A DNA stretch of 64,000 nt from Eledone cirrhosa (Eukaryota), in NCBI GenBank assembly GCA_964016885.1, contig OZ024741.1:149296001-149360000 (forward strand), given 5' to 3'. This document shows, in pieces, positions 30,666 through 46,442 of this stretch. Position numbers and translations under genes: made by a program. Numbering within the stretch: the stretch's first letter is position 1; each line of letters opens with the position of its first letter. The notes beneath the pieces are model-generated. The model was not told the DNA's origin and did no database searches. It saw nothing but the letters and a program-made list of their open reading frames with translations.

Positions 30666-30868
30666 TCCTTTGTCAGTGTTGAACAAACGAGCAACGATGG
30701 TTGCTAGACACTACGGCTTAATACGGGATGATTGTTTACAAACACACCGAGCATTATAATAAATGTTCGGTGAATCCATATGTACATATATATATGTGTG
30801 CATGTATGTATATATATATATACATACTACTGTACGTCTGTATAGATATATGTATGTACGTGTACATA

Positions 30869-30901
<33 letters not shown>

Positions 30902-31258
30902 TCATCATCATCATCAACGGTTAACGTCCGTGTTCCACGCTTGCATGGGTTTGGACGGGGGTATTCCCACTTGAGGCAAGAGTGATTGTCTTGCTCGCAT
31001 AGGACTGTCTGGCAGGTTTTCTACAGTCGGATGCCCTTCCTAACACCAACCACATTTACAGTGTGGGTCTGGGAGGTTTTTACCGTGTTGCCTACACGGC
31101 CACATTACAGCGTGGACTGTGTGTTTTTTTGTCGTGACACCTACACGATCTCATTTGTTTCGGCCTGGATGGCGTGGCACCAACATAACTTTACATAGAA
31201 GGGGGGGGGGGTATTTTGTTAGAGATGCCTACTGGCTGGAGTAGGTTTTACTATGTAT

Positions 31259-31567
31259 TTAGGTAAGGCGGGTCTTCTCTGTTACTGAGTACCGCCAAAG
31301 GTCTCGGTCCAGTGACATTGTCTTGGAGAGGTGTAAGTGTGTGAGGTCGGAGTTTATCAGCTCGTCCCAGGTTTTTTTAGGTCTGCCTATTCCGTGGCTA
31401 CCGTCTATCTTTATTGCCCTGCACTTTGTTATACAGCTATCGACTTTCATGCGCATCACGTGTCCATACCAACGTAGCCTTCTCTCGAGTAAACAACATC
31501 TGATCCCTCTTATTTCTAATTTTTTCCTTAGTTCGTTTATGCTTTGCCGTTCACGTATATTACTGTT
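31259..31567 (-). mobile_element. RTE 3' end fragment at the outer end of the right arm
   Basis: NSNIRERQS...RLRWYGHVMRM...EKTRLT, truncated at (TA)n. Confidence 0.9.
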
Positions 31568-31913
31568 TATATATATATATATATATGTATTGCATATATA
31601 TAACAATTGCATATGTATAATATTGCATATAACAATTATAAGTGTTAAGAGCAAATGCATAAAAATATACCTAATTTTTCTTCAAAGTCTCGACTGCACA
31701 GATTCGCCAATTGATATGCAGCCAAAGTACAATTAAAATGCACCCAGGCCATGAGGTTTATTTCTGTGTCATCAGACAAGAACAGTTCTTGTCTGTTGAC
31801 CCCGTGATAAACAAGCAAAACCCCAGAGAAACAAGACTCTCTATTTAGCCTTAATAAAAATATATGAAAATAATATATATATATATATATAAACAGTAAT
31901 ATACGTTTATATA

Positions 31914-31944
<31 letters not shown>

Positions 31945-32026
31945 GTAAGTATGTGTGTATACGTACATACATATATGTATACAGACGTACAGTAGCATGA
32001 ATATATATACATATATATATATATAT

Positions 32027-32365
32027 ATAATATAAGATCAAAAGATGGTTAAAGGAGTTCCATCTATTTTATTATGCGCATTTCAAAAACAAACATCATC
32101 ATGCAATAATATTTGTGTTTTCATCGGATAAAACAGGAGAACATGATATGAAGGCTAAAAAACACTTGTGGATGGTGCAGTTTTAAATCAACATGATATG
32201 TTGATTTAAAACTGCACTATCCACAAGTGTTTTTTAGCCTTTATATCATGTTCTCCTGTTTTATCTGATGAAAACACAAATATTATTGCATGATGATGTT
32301 TGTTTTTGAAATGCGCATAATAAAATACATGGAACTCCTTTAACCATCTTTTGATCTTATATTAT
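32027..32365. repeat. Near-perfect 340-bp fold-back containing HHRs
   Basis: Arms of ~168 bp around a 3-nt loop at 32195-32197. Confidence 0.9.
32257..32327 (+). ncRNA. Type I hammerhead ribozyme
   Basis: UGUUUUAU-CUGAUGA-AAACACAAAUAUUAUU GCAU GAUGAUGUUUGUUUUU-GAAA-UGCGCA-UA-AUAAAAUA, with palindromic stem III AUGCGCAU. Confidence 0.78.
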
Positions 32366-32449
32366 GTATACTCCAGTCCTACAAACTGTAGAGTGCTTCT
32401 TATCCGATATCTGCATTGCTTTATTGTACTACAATAAAACTCACCTCCT

Positions 32450-32525
<76 letters not shown>

Positions 32526-32621
32526 TTATCTATATATATATATATATATACTTACATATATATATATATATATATATATATACTTACATATATATATATA
32601 TATACTTACATATATATATAT

Positions 32622-32988
32622 ATACTTACATTTAAGTAAGTGCCGTACTAAGAGTGAGAAATGAAATTTCGTTTTCATTTTATTTCAACTTATCGTTTTC
32701 GGTATGCCTGACCGACTTGACTCACTCGATATGCAAATTAGGCTGCTCAGCCGTTAATTTTCATAAGGAAAGTATATACTTTCGAACGTTCAACTATCTG
32801 GCAGAAGGGTATACGGTGCTGATGATAGCTAACAAGCTTAAAACTAGTACATCGTTCCTGTGTCAGTGTTGAACAAAAAGGTGACGTGGTTGCCTTAACA
32901 CCGTACGGCAAAAAATTCAGGCTGTTCAGTTTGTTTACAAACGAACAAAGCGGCGTTATAATAAACGTCCGCTAGACTGATACGTGCA

Positions 32989-33052
<64 letters not shown>

Positions 33053-33168
33053 TGCTACTGTACGTCTGTATACATATATGTATGTACGTATACACACATA
33101 CTTACATTTAAGTAAGTGCCGTACTAACAGTGAGAAATGAAATTTCGTTTTCATTTTATTTCAACATA
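32622..33168 (+). mobile_element. Diverged, permuted copy of the 428-nt HHR unit (HHR 32813-32855, GAAA->AAAA)
   Basis: Collinear with the 30195-30665 unit but starting at a different point. The first ~65 bp repeat at the end. Confidence 0.75.
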
Positions 33169-33182
33169 TATATATATATATA

Positions 33183-36100
33183 TTGTTATACTTTGGGAGG
33201 GTCATGTTGCCAATAAGAAACACACGCACCAGTTGCTTTCACTTCAATTTATTATATATTTATAAATCTATAAATTTACAAATCTACAAATTTATAAATT
33301 TCTGGTTGGTTGGTTGGTTCCACAACCAGATAGTTGTTTATATATAGTCATAGTCCTTTCGTCACACACTCTGTGACCTCTTCAGTGACTGGGGATTCCT
33401 TTCTTTGTTTCTGTGCCTTTCCTTTCTTCTATCCTACGCCATTTTGTTTCTGTGTGTGTTGTGTGCTCAGTTTGCGCATGCGCCACATCCGGGTGTCTGT
33501 GTGTGTTTGTGTTCATTTATCTATTTGTTTATTTATTTATTTATTTATTGTTGGTTGGTTGTTTGTTCTATGAGTGTGTGTGTTTTCATTTTGTCCTGTG
33601 TGTGTTTTCATTTTGTCCTTAATTGTAAGTTGTTTGTTCTATGTGTGTGTTTTCATTTTGTCCTGTGTGTGTTTTCATTTTGTCCTTAATTGTAAGTTGT
33701 GATGTTGCTGTTCCACTCATATTTTCTATTTAATTTTGGTTGTAATTCTTTTATGCTTACTGCCTCTGTAATTTGCCTAAACATTGCATCTTTTCTGTGT
33801 GTGGATTCTATTTTTATTTCTATGTTCTCTAATCTACCCCTGTGTTCTATCTTAGCATGTTGGTAGAGCACAGATGATTCTTTATTATCTTGAAGGTCTC
33901 GCCAGTGTTCATTTATTCGTTCCCCTATACTACGAGCTGTCTCACCTATGTACACTATATTTTTGTTTCTACATTGTCCTTCAGTACATCTTATGCTATA
34001 CACTACATTTCTAGTTTTACAGTTAATATGGGGGCTTATTTTACAGGTTATACATTTCTTATCTATACATGAGGGTCTTTGGAACGGGTATGTCTTGCTA
34101 ATAAGTGTTTTTACGGAGGTACCTGGTCTTTCTACTATCTTAATATTGAGTTTATGTTTATTTAGGGCCCTTCTAAATTTGTAGGCTAGTTCGCCTCTAG
34201 GGGTTGTATTGATGAACATTACACTCTGGTATTTATTGCTATCATACCATGAGTTTATTCTATTGGCCTTGTTCCTAGTTCTTTCTATGCTATTCCAAAA
34301 TTTGCTCCTATACAAGGGGCAGGTCCCATTTATGTCATTATTTACCATTTTTTCCCATTTGGTTCTGGCTCCTCTATACACTCTGATTCTATCTCTCTGA
34401 TTGTAGCCAGAGAACTGCATACGGTGGCTGAAGTGTTGTATGCGTCACTCTAGTTCTTCGGGGTTGCACATGCGGGACACATTTCTCATCACCCGTACCA
34501 AATCCGCAATCAGTATGTTGATTTTGGTATGGTCCGAAATGGCCGAGTTTCGGTGGATCAGATGTTTGGAAGTCATGGGTTTGGCATAATGGGAATGGAG
34601 GATTTGTTTTTGGTTGTTAATGGTATCTAACCAGAGCTCTGTGTCTAGCACAGGTAATCGATGGTTGGGGTGTCTACTTGGGTAGTCTATAGTAACTCTA
34701 ATGCTCTGGTGGATGGAGTTTGCTATTTGCTGGATGCTTTCCATTGTGTTTTTCTCTAGTTCCTGACTGTTCTTTAGTGGGGGTGTCTTAACTACGATGT
34801 TTATATCATCTACGTAGCGGGAGTACATTATCAGGGTTAAGCTGTCTTCTAATTGTTCTTTAAGTTTTTGTTTAAGTCTACTGTCCCACCATACCATGAA
34901 TAAGTTAGCTATGTCGCCTGCAATGCTAACACCAATGGCTGCTCCTTCCTCTTGGGCATATGTTTTACCATTAAATTTGAACATATGTTCCGTAAGGGTT
35001 AATTTTATGCTGGACCCTACCGCATGTGCAATCATTTTCTTCAGTTCATCGTGGTTTTCGGGTGTCCGCATGGCTCTGGTCCACCCGTTCCATCTATCTG
35101 TGTGGGTTTTCTTGGCCATTGAGGTAATGGTAGGTGGTCTGCCTCTTGCTGGTCTTGTAGGGCACAGGTTGCTAAGGTCATAAGTGTCTAGGTAACTATT
35201 ACTATGGGTAAGCTTAAATAGAAGTCCCAGCTCACTGGTATCAATCCCACGGAACTCAACCTTGCTCTCGCTGATCATTTCTACGCATTTCTCCACAGCA
35301 AAATCCACGTCAATAGATGGATACAGGGACACAACATCAATACTGCCTATTATGCAGTTTGTTAGGTCCCCAGATCGGTTACCCGCGCCGATTCTGCTGA
35401 GGAGGTCCTCCGTGCTGTCACATACATCTGGGGACATCTCAATGATGGGGCGTATGATCAGGGAGAGGAAGTAGGACAGTCTGTAGTTACTAGCAATGTT
35501 AGCTCCACAGACTGGCCGTGTTGGTGGTCCCGCGACAGGGTCCCAGCCCGTTTTATGGTCTTTTCGAAGCCCATACAACGCCGGCACGTCATTGTTCCAG
35601 GCCTGGAAGTTGTTGGCAGTCCTTTTGTTGGGCTGCATTATATTCGTCCACATCACCATATGGGCATTGAGGGCTTTTTCTCTATCCTCATGCTCCTGTG
35701 GTGTTACCTCTCTTGTGTTAGTGATGTGGGGTTGCATTACCTGGATGTAGTTTGGCAGGCTGTCAACCGACATTCTGCCAGACTTGTCTGTTGGAAAGCA
35801 TGCTATCTCTCCATTACGCGAGCGCTGCATGAGCTTACGCAAGCCATTTGCAGATTTTTCTCCCAGTTGCTGGGCCTCTATTCTATTATGCTTCTTGCTA
35901 TACTGTTCTATAATATTTCTAAGTTCGGATTTAGCTATACTAAATTGTGCTTCTGTTTGTTCATCGACCTGCGACGGCAACTGCGTGCGTTTGTTAAATG
36001 TGGCGTGACGTGGACTCGTCGCAGGTCGAATGATTTATCGGAGGGATTATAAAACGGAGAGTTCCAGGCTGCTGCTTTATGTGTACTAGTGCTATTGTTA

Positions 36101-37269
36101 TTGTTAGTTGTGTTGTTTCTATTTCTATTTCCACCAACAGCCTCATGGTTGTTTCTATGTCTCTCATAATTACTCCTGTCTCTTTCCACTGGCTCAATGT
36201 TGTTATCTACCCTATTTTATGTGTCTGTGTGTTCGTCTTGGTTATTCTCTTTGTCCTTAGTCTCCCATCTCCTTTTCCTTTTAATCCTATTACTTTCCCT
36301 TATTTCTCTGATTTCTGTGCTACTGTCATTACTTGTTTTCTGTGTCTGTGTGTTTGTTAAGATTGTGGTGGTGGTGAGAGGCATTGAATGCGTGTGTGTT
36401 GTTGTTGTTGATGTGTGCTGTTGTTGATGTGTGTTGTTGTTGTCTCCGTGTGTGTTATCGTTGTTGTGTGTGTTGTTATTGTTGTTTGTGTCTGCGTGTC
36501 TGTTGTTGTTGTATCTGGGTATGTTGCTATTGTTGTTGTTGTTGATGTGTGTGTTGTTGTTATTGTTGTTTGTGTCTGTGTGTCTGTTGTTGTTGGGATG
36601 TGTGTTGTATATGTGTGTGCGTATATTGTTGCTTTTGTTTTTGATGCTCCAGCGTAGTTTTGTAAATGATTTTTCTATTTCTGACAGACAACTAATCATA
36701 TTTACCTTCTTGAATGTCGCAAATTTGGGCGGCAGACATAACACAGACATTTCATTATTATCTATTTCCGTGTTCCCATAAATGTTGGTATTTTTGTTGT
36801 TGAACTCTTCTGATAATGAGGTGTCGGCCATGTTGATACCGTCAATTTTGTCGGGATATCTATTGGTATACTCTATAGTATCCTGATTTAGCTTTGCCTG
36901 TTTAAGCCACTTTAGTTTCCTGTTAAAGTGCTTATCACATTCTTGAGTAATGTACTGTTCTTCGGGGCGTATAAGGCTTATAAATATTAGTTTTTCTGTT
37001 GGTGTGGTGATTTTAGCTATTTCTTGTATTAGGTTACGCTTTTGTTTTTCTTGATGACTTAATTCTCTATAGATCTTCTTTTTTATGTTTAAAATTAAAG
37101 TTCGTTTTAGCCTATCTGCTTGTTTTTTTGGTGAGTTGTAATCTTCTAACGTCGGTATTGATGGTGTTGGTGTAGATTCTGGAAGTGGCGCACAGCTTTA
37201 TGAAGTGTAGTTGTCGAGATGTTATGGTTTTTTGGTTTTTTGTAGACAACAGAACATGGTGGTTTTCAG
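33183..37269 (-). mobile_element. Near full-length Penelope-like retroelement, Naiad-type (RT + C-terminal GIY-YIG), disrupted
   Basis: RT 34445-35980: TDKSGR, GLRKDHK, TRPVC, SIDVVSLYPSI, GAAIG, RYVDD, LPVLD. EN 33686-34420: CxxxxCxxC, NVVY..C, YIGETAR, LNRK. N-terminal VLCLPPKFA..KLRW. Stops at 36217 and 34445, frameshifts near 35980 and 37125. Confidence 0.9.
33346..33390 (-). ncRNA. Type I hammerhead ribozyme in PLE 3' UTR
   Basis: AGUCA-CUGAAGA-G-GUCACA GAGUG UGUGAC-GAAA-GGAC-UA-UGACU, with perfect stems I and II. Confidence 0.75.
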
Positions 37270-37385
37270 TATGTTGAAATAAAATGAAAACGAAATTTCA
37301 TTTCTCACTCTTAGTACGGCACTTACTTAACTGTAAGTATGTGTGTATACGTACATACATATATGTATACAGACGTACAGTAGCA

Positions 37386-37437
<52 letters not shown>

Positions 37438-37462
37438 TGTATACAGACGTACAGTAGCATGC

Positions 37463-41413
<3,951 letters not shown>

Positions 41414-41446
41414 TATATACAATATATATATATATATATATATATT

Positions 41447-41944
<498 letters not shown>

Positions 41945-42169
41945 ATAATAATAAATTTGAAGACTAAAATTCAAAGAGGGCTCGATAAGGATAAATATAT
42001 ATCAAATATATAAGAACCATAGAGCAAATATATATTAAAATAACAGATTAAAGTTTAATCAAATAACAGATTAAACTAGTTTCAGAAGATCCTGTTAAGG
42101 GTGAAAGCAGCGATTCTTTGCTTAAACTTTAATCTGTTATTTTTATAAATATATATATATATATATATA

Positions 42170-42480
42170 CAGTTGTTCCCCACCATTTGTGGGGTTTACA
42201 TTCATAGAGCACCCGTGAAGAGTGAAAAACCGTGAATATTGGATGGGATCCATAAAAATGCCTATAAACATCAAAACATAGGCCATAAAATATAGGCTGG
42301 CAAATACAGTATATTGTTATTGATAATTTAGCGTTAATATGTGTGAAAAATATATATTGCCACGAAAAAAGCCATTAAAAATCGCGAAAGATATTCGGTG
42401 GTTTCCATCAACAATTATTAGTTAGGTTCTAAGGAATATTCCGCGAATAACCAGGACCGCGAATGCCAGGGGTACAATGA
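42170..42480. mobile_element. Possible Tigger/pogo-like MITE
   Basis: ta-cagttgttcccc ... ggggtacaatg imperfect TIRs, with ccgcgaat subterminal motifs. Confidence 0.45.
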
Positions 42481-42489
42481 GTATATATA

Positions 42490-42665
42490 TTGACTAAAGA
42501 AATTAAAGAAATTATTTAGCCTGATAGTGGGGTTAAGAACCCTCGGAGAAATGGAAAAAGATGAGTATTGACTCCCATGTACGTCAATACACATCTTTTT
42601 CCATTTCTCCGAGGGTTCTTAACCCCACTATCAGGCTAAATAATTTCTTTAATTTCTTTAGTCAA
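42490..42665. repeat. Near-perfect fold-back (83-bp arms, 10-nt loop)
   Basis: ttgactaaagaaatt...gtattgac tcccatgtac gtcaatac...aatttctttagtcaa. Confidence 0.9.
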
Positions 42666-42899
42666 AATACGGCGATAGCTTACATTTCTAATAATTTCAA
42701 ACCCACTCGCTGTTTCGAAAAATATTCTTACTTGAGTATATATATATATGTAAGACAACCAATCTTGCCTCAAGTGGACAATTCCCGTCCAGACCCATGC
42801 TAGCGTGGAAAATGGACGTTAAACGATGATGATGATGATGATGATGATATATATATAGGTTATTTATAATAATAATGAAATATTGTGTCAGGAAAATGA

Positions 42900-45250
42900 A
42901 CAGTGCATGAGTCATGATATACACATGTGTGCATGTGTATGGAAGGGGTACATCAGGTGTAGTTTTGGCGTATTTCGGGAAGCATGAGGGTTTTAAAGGA
43001 TGCAGTGTCTCGGCAGCTAACAACTCACGCAGGCAGTTTGTTCCATGCTTCAGCAAATCTGAGTGTGAAAAAATGTTTACGAAAGTCATGGGAGCTGTGC
43101 TGTTTTCTGATTTTGTAGGCATGTCCATGTGTGTTAGACACATGGAGATCAAAAAGGTGCTCAGGGTTGTTGTTGGCGAGATGGTTAATAATTTTGTGGG
43201 TGTTTACCAAGTCCATTGCCAGACGTCGGAGCTTCAATGAATCCATGCCCAGGGAAGCAAGGCGTTCAGAGTATGGTAGATGCCTGATGGAGGGTATGCG
43301 CTTGGTTGCACGTCTCTGAACAGTTTCCAGGAGGTCAATGTTCTGAGCAAGATAGGGGTTCCAGACTGATGATGCGAATTCCAAGTGTGGTCGTACCATA
43401 GCTGTATACAGCTTTAAATAGATGGCTGGAGAGCGGCTAACAAAGGTCTTGCTGAGTGATGCCAAGACACCCTCGGCCTTCTTGACAATCTTAGAGACAT
43501 GCTTTGTCCAACGCAAATCGCTGCTGACAGTAATGCCCAGGTCACGTTCACAAGAGGACTTCTTGATATCAGTGTTGTGGAGGGAGTATGTGGACGCTGG
43601 ATTTTTCATCCCAAAATGCATGGTGGTACACTTGTCCACAGCCAGCTTCAGTTGCCAGTCTGTGATCCATTGCTGCATTGTGTCCAGGTCTGATTGTAGG
43701 AAAGAGTTATAGATTTCAGGATCAGTCCTTTTGATTTCAAGGTACAGCTTGATGTCATCTGCATATTTCAGTACTGTGGCATTCTTTAAGTTGGCATCTA
43801 TGTCATTAATATATGCCACAAACAAAAGGGGACCAAGAACAGATCCCTGTGGTACACCAGATGACATCTCATATGGTGAAGAATGCTGTCCTAGAACCGT
43901 GACTACCTCTTTTCGGCTGAGAATGAAGGATTTCAACCAGTTAAAAAGATCATCCGTCACACCCATTGCAGAGAGTTTTGCCATAAGTCTTTTGTGTGGC
44001 ACAGAATTAAAAGCCTTAGCAAAGTCAAGGTAAACAACATCCACCCATGAGCCGCTGTCAGTGATCCGGGTGATGTCTTCAAGGAACTCGATAAGCTGAT
44101 CACAGCAGCTGGAGTTAGGGATAAATCCAAACTGCGAGGGCCGGATGAGGCTGTGAGAGCTCCAGAAGTTCCAAAGTGTTTCTCTGACACAGGATTCCAT
44201 CAGTTTGGCAATACAGCTAGTAAGACTGACTGGGCGATAGTTGACAGGTTACGTGCGGTTGCCCTTTTTGAACAGGGCAATGACACTGGCAGTTTTCCAC
44301 TGCTCTGGAGTAGCACCATTGTTGAGACAGTATTGAAAGAAGAAAGAAAGCTGGTGCAAAAGGAAGTACCCACCACATTTGAGAAGCAGGTATGTAACAC
44401 CATCAAGACCAGGGGAGGCATAGTTGCGCTTATTCTTAAGGTGACGTCGCAACATTGCAGGTGTAAATTCCATAGTTGTTATGGAATTTGATGTTAGAGA
44501 TGGTGGAGATGGTACATTCTGGTTTTCAACAGTAAAAATACTTGCATAGCACTCAGCAATGAGTTCTGCGCATGTTTGGGGATCGTCAGTGATCTGGCTT
44601 GTGTGGGGATTACGAAGAGGACCAACTGGAGAGTGAGGTCTCTGCTTTGAATGAACATATTTCCAGAACACCTTACTGTCAGGATTGGTTGCTATGCACT
44701 GTTCAAATTCAAGCACTGCTTTCTTTGTCACTTGCTTGAGATGGTTGGAAGATTTATTCCACTTTTTTCTGTTGGCATCTGATTTATGCAGCTTATATTC
44801 CCGTTCAGCGTTCCGACGTTCTTTCCTGGCAAGTCGGACCGCTGAAGTTTCCCAAATTTCATTTTTGGGGTGGGTTTTTTTCTGCTTACGTGGCACCGAT
44901 GCTGCACACGCTATCCATATTGAGTCCAGGATGCTCTGGAGTATAGTGTTCACATCTCCAGAGTTATACAACTCATGCCAGTTTGGGCGCTGTAGCTCAG
45001 TGCAGTACAAGTTCCAATCTGCTTTCTTCCAATCAAAGCAAGCAGATTGGAGATGGTTCTGGTTTTTGTTGCTGCCCGCAAGAGCCAGATTGGCAATGAT
45101 CATAGCATGATCAGAGTCGCCTAGAAGTTCCTCAGTAGTACAACTGATAACCTTCAGGAGTAGTGGTGAAGATCAGGTCCAAAGTTTTGTCACCTCTTGT
45201 TGGAGAGGTGACTACTTGTGACCAGTTTGAGTCCAGCACTAACTCAAGTT
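42900..45250 (-). mobile_element. CR1-type LINE ORF2, 5'-truncated, frameshifted
   Basis: YLDFAKAFNSVPH, SGVPQGSVLGPLLF, KYADD, RPHLEFASSVWNPY, VQRRATK. APE C-terminal SDHAMI near 45110. Confidence 0.9.
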
Positions 45251-45541
45251 AGTAACTTGTAGTTACAAGTAATGACGCTGCTCGAACCACTCGTTGCTGT
45301 TACAGAGTCCGTTTCTCGTTGGATTGTGCTCCAGGTTTAAGGCGGCTGTAGTTTGCAGAGTGTATATATAGAGTATATCGATCAGCTCGGGTTTGATCAG
45401 GTGATCGAATCCCAATGGTATCGATTAAGAGTCAGGATCCGATCGCCTGACCAAACCTGAGCTGATCGATATTGAAACAGTTGTAATATGCAATAAAGTT
45501 TCATACCAAGCTGCAAATCTGATTTCCTCTTGTCACTCTCA

Positions 45542-46122
<581 letters not shown>

Positions 46123-46144
46123 TGAAGGCTTCTTTGTTTAATTT

Positions 46145-46180
<36 letters not shown>

Positions 46181-46380
46181 ATATATTTTTATTTGTTTGA
46201 CCCGAATTACTTGATCGTTTTTTGGGGCTGTGCGGATGATCAGTTTAACCACCATCTCAGTGTGTTTGGCCTTTAACGTATGTTGTAGCTCTGGTTCATC
46301 TGAATTATCGAGCGCTTGCCACACAACTCGGAAGTGTTTTTCGTTAATTCCTGAGCCGAAATACGATTCTCACTAATTTA

Positions 46381-46442
<62 letters not shown>

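Noticed and set aside
31765-31790. CUGAUGA-CACA-GAAA on the minus strand
   Set aside because: No room for stem II and no clear stem I.
34445-34447. In-frame TGA between RT and GIY-YIG as selenocysteine (Sec recoding is reported for some Naiad PLEs)
   Set aside because: The context ELE*RIQHF is not an evident conserved Cys position and CGA->TGA decay explains it. The copy also has a TAA and frameshifts, and no SECIS was identified by eye. A SECIS search plus alignment of copies would settle it.
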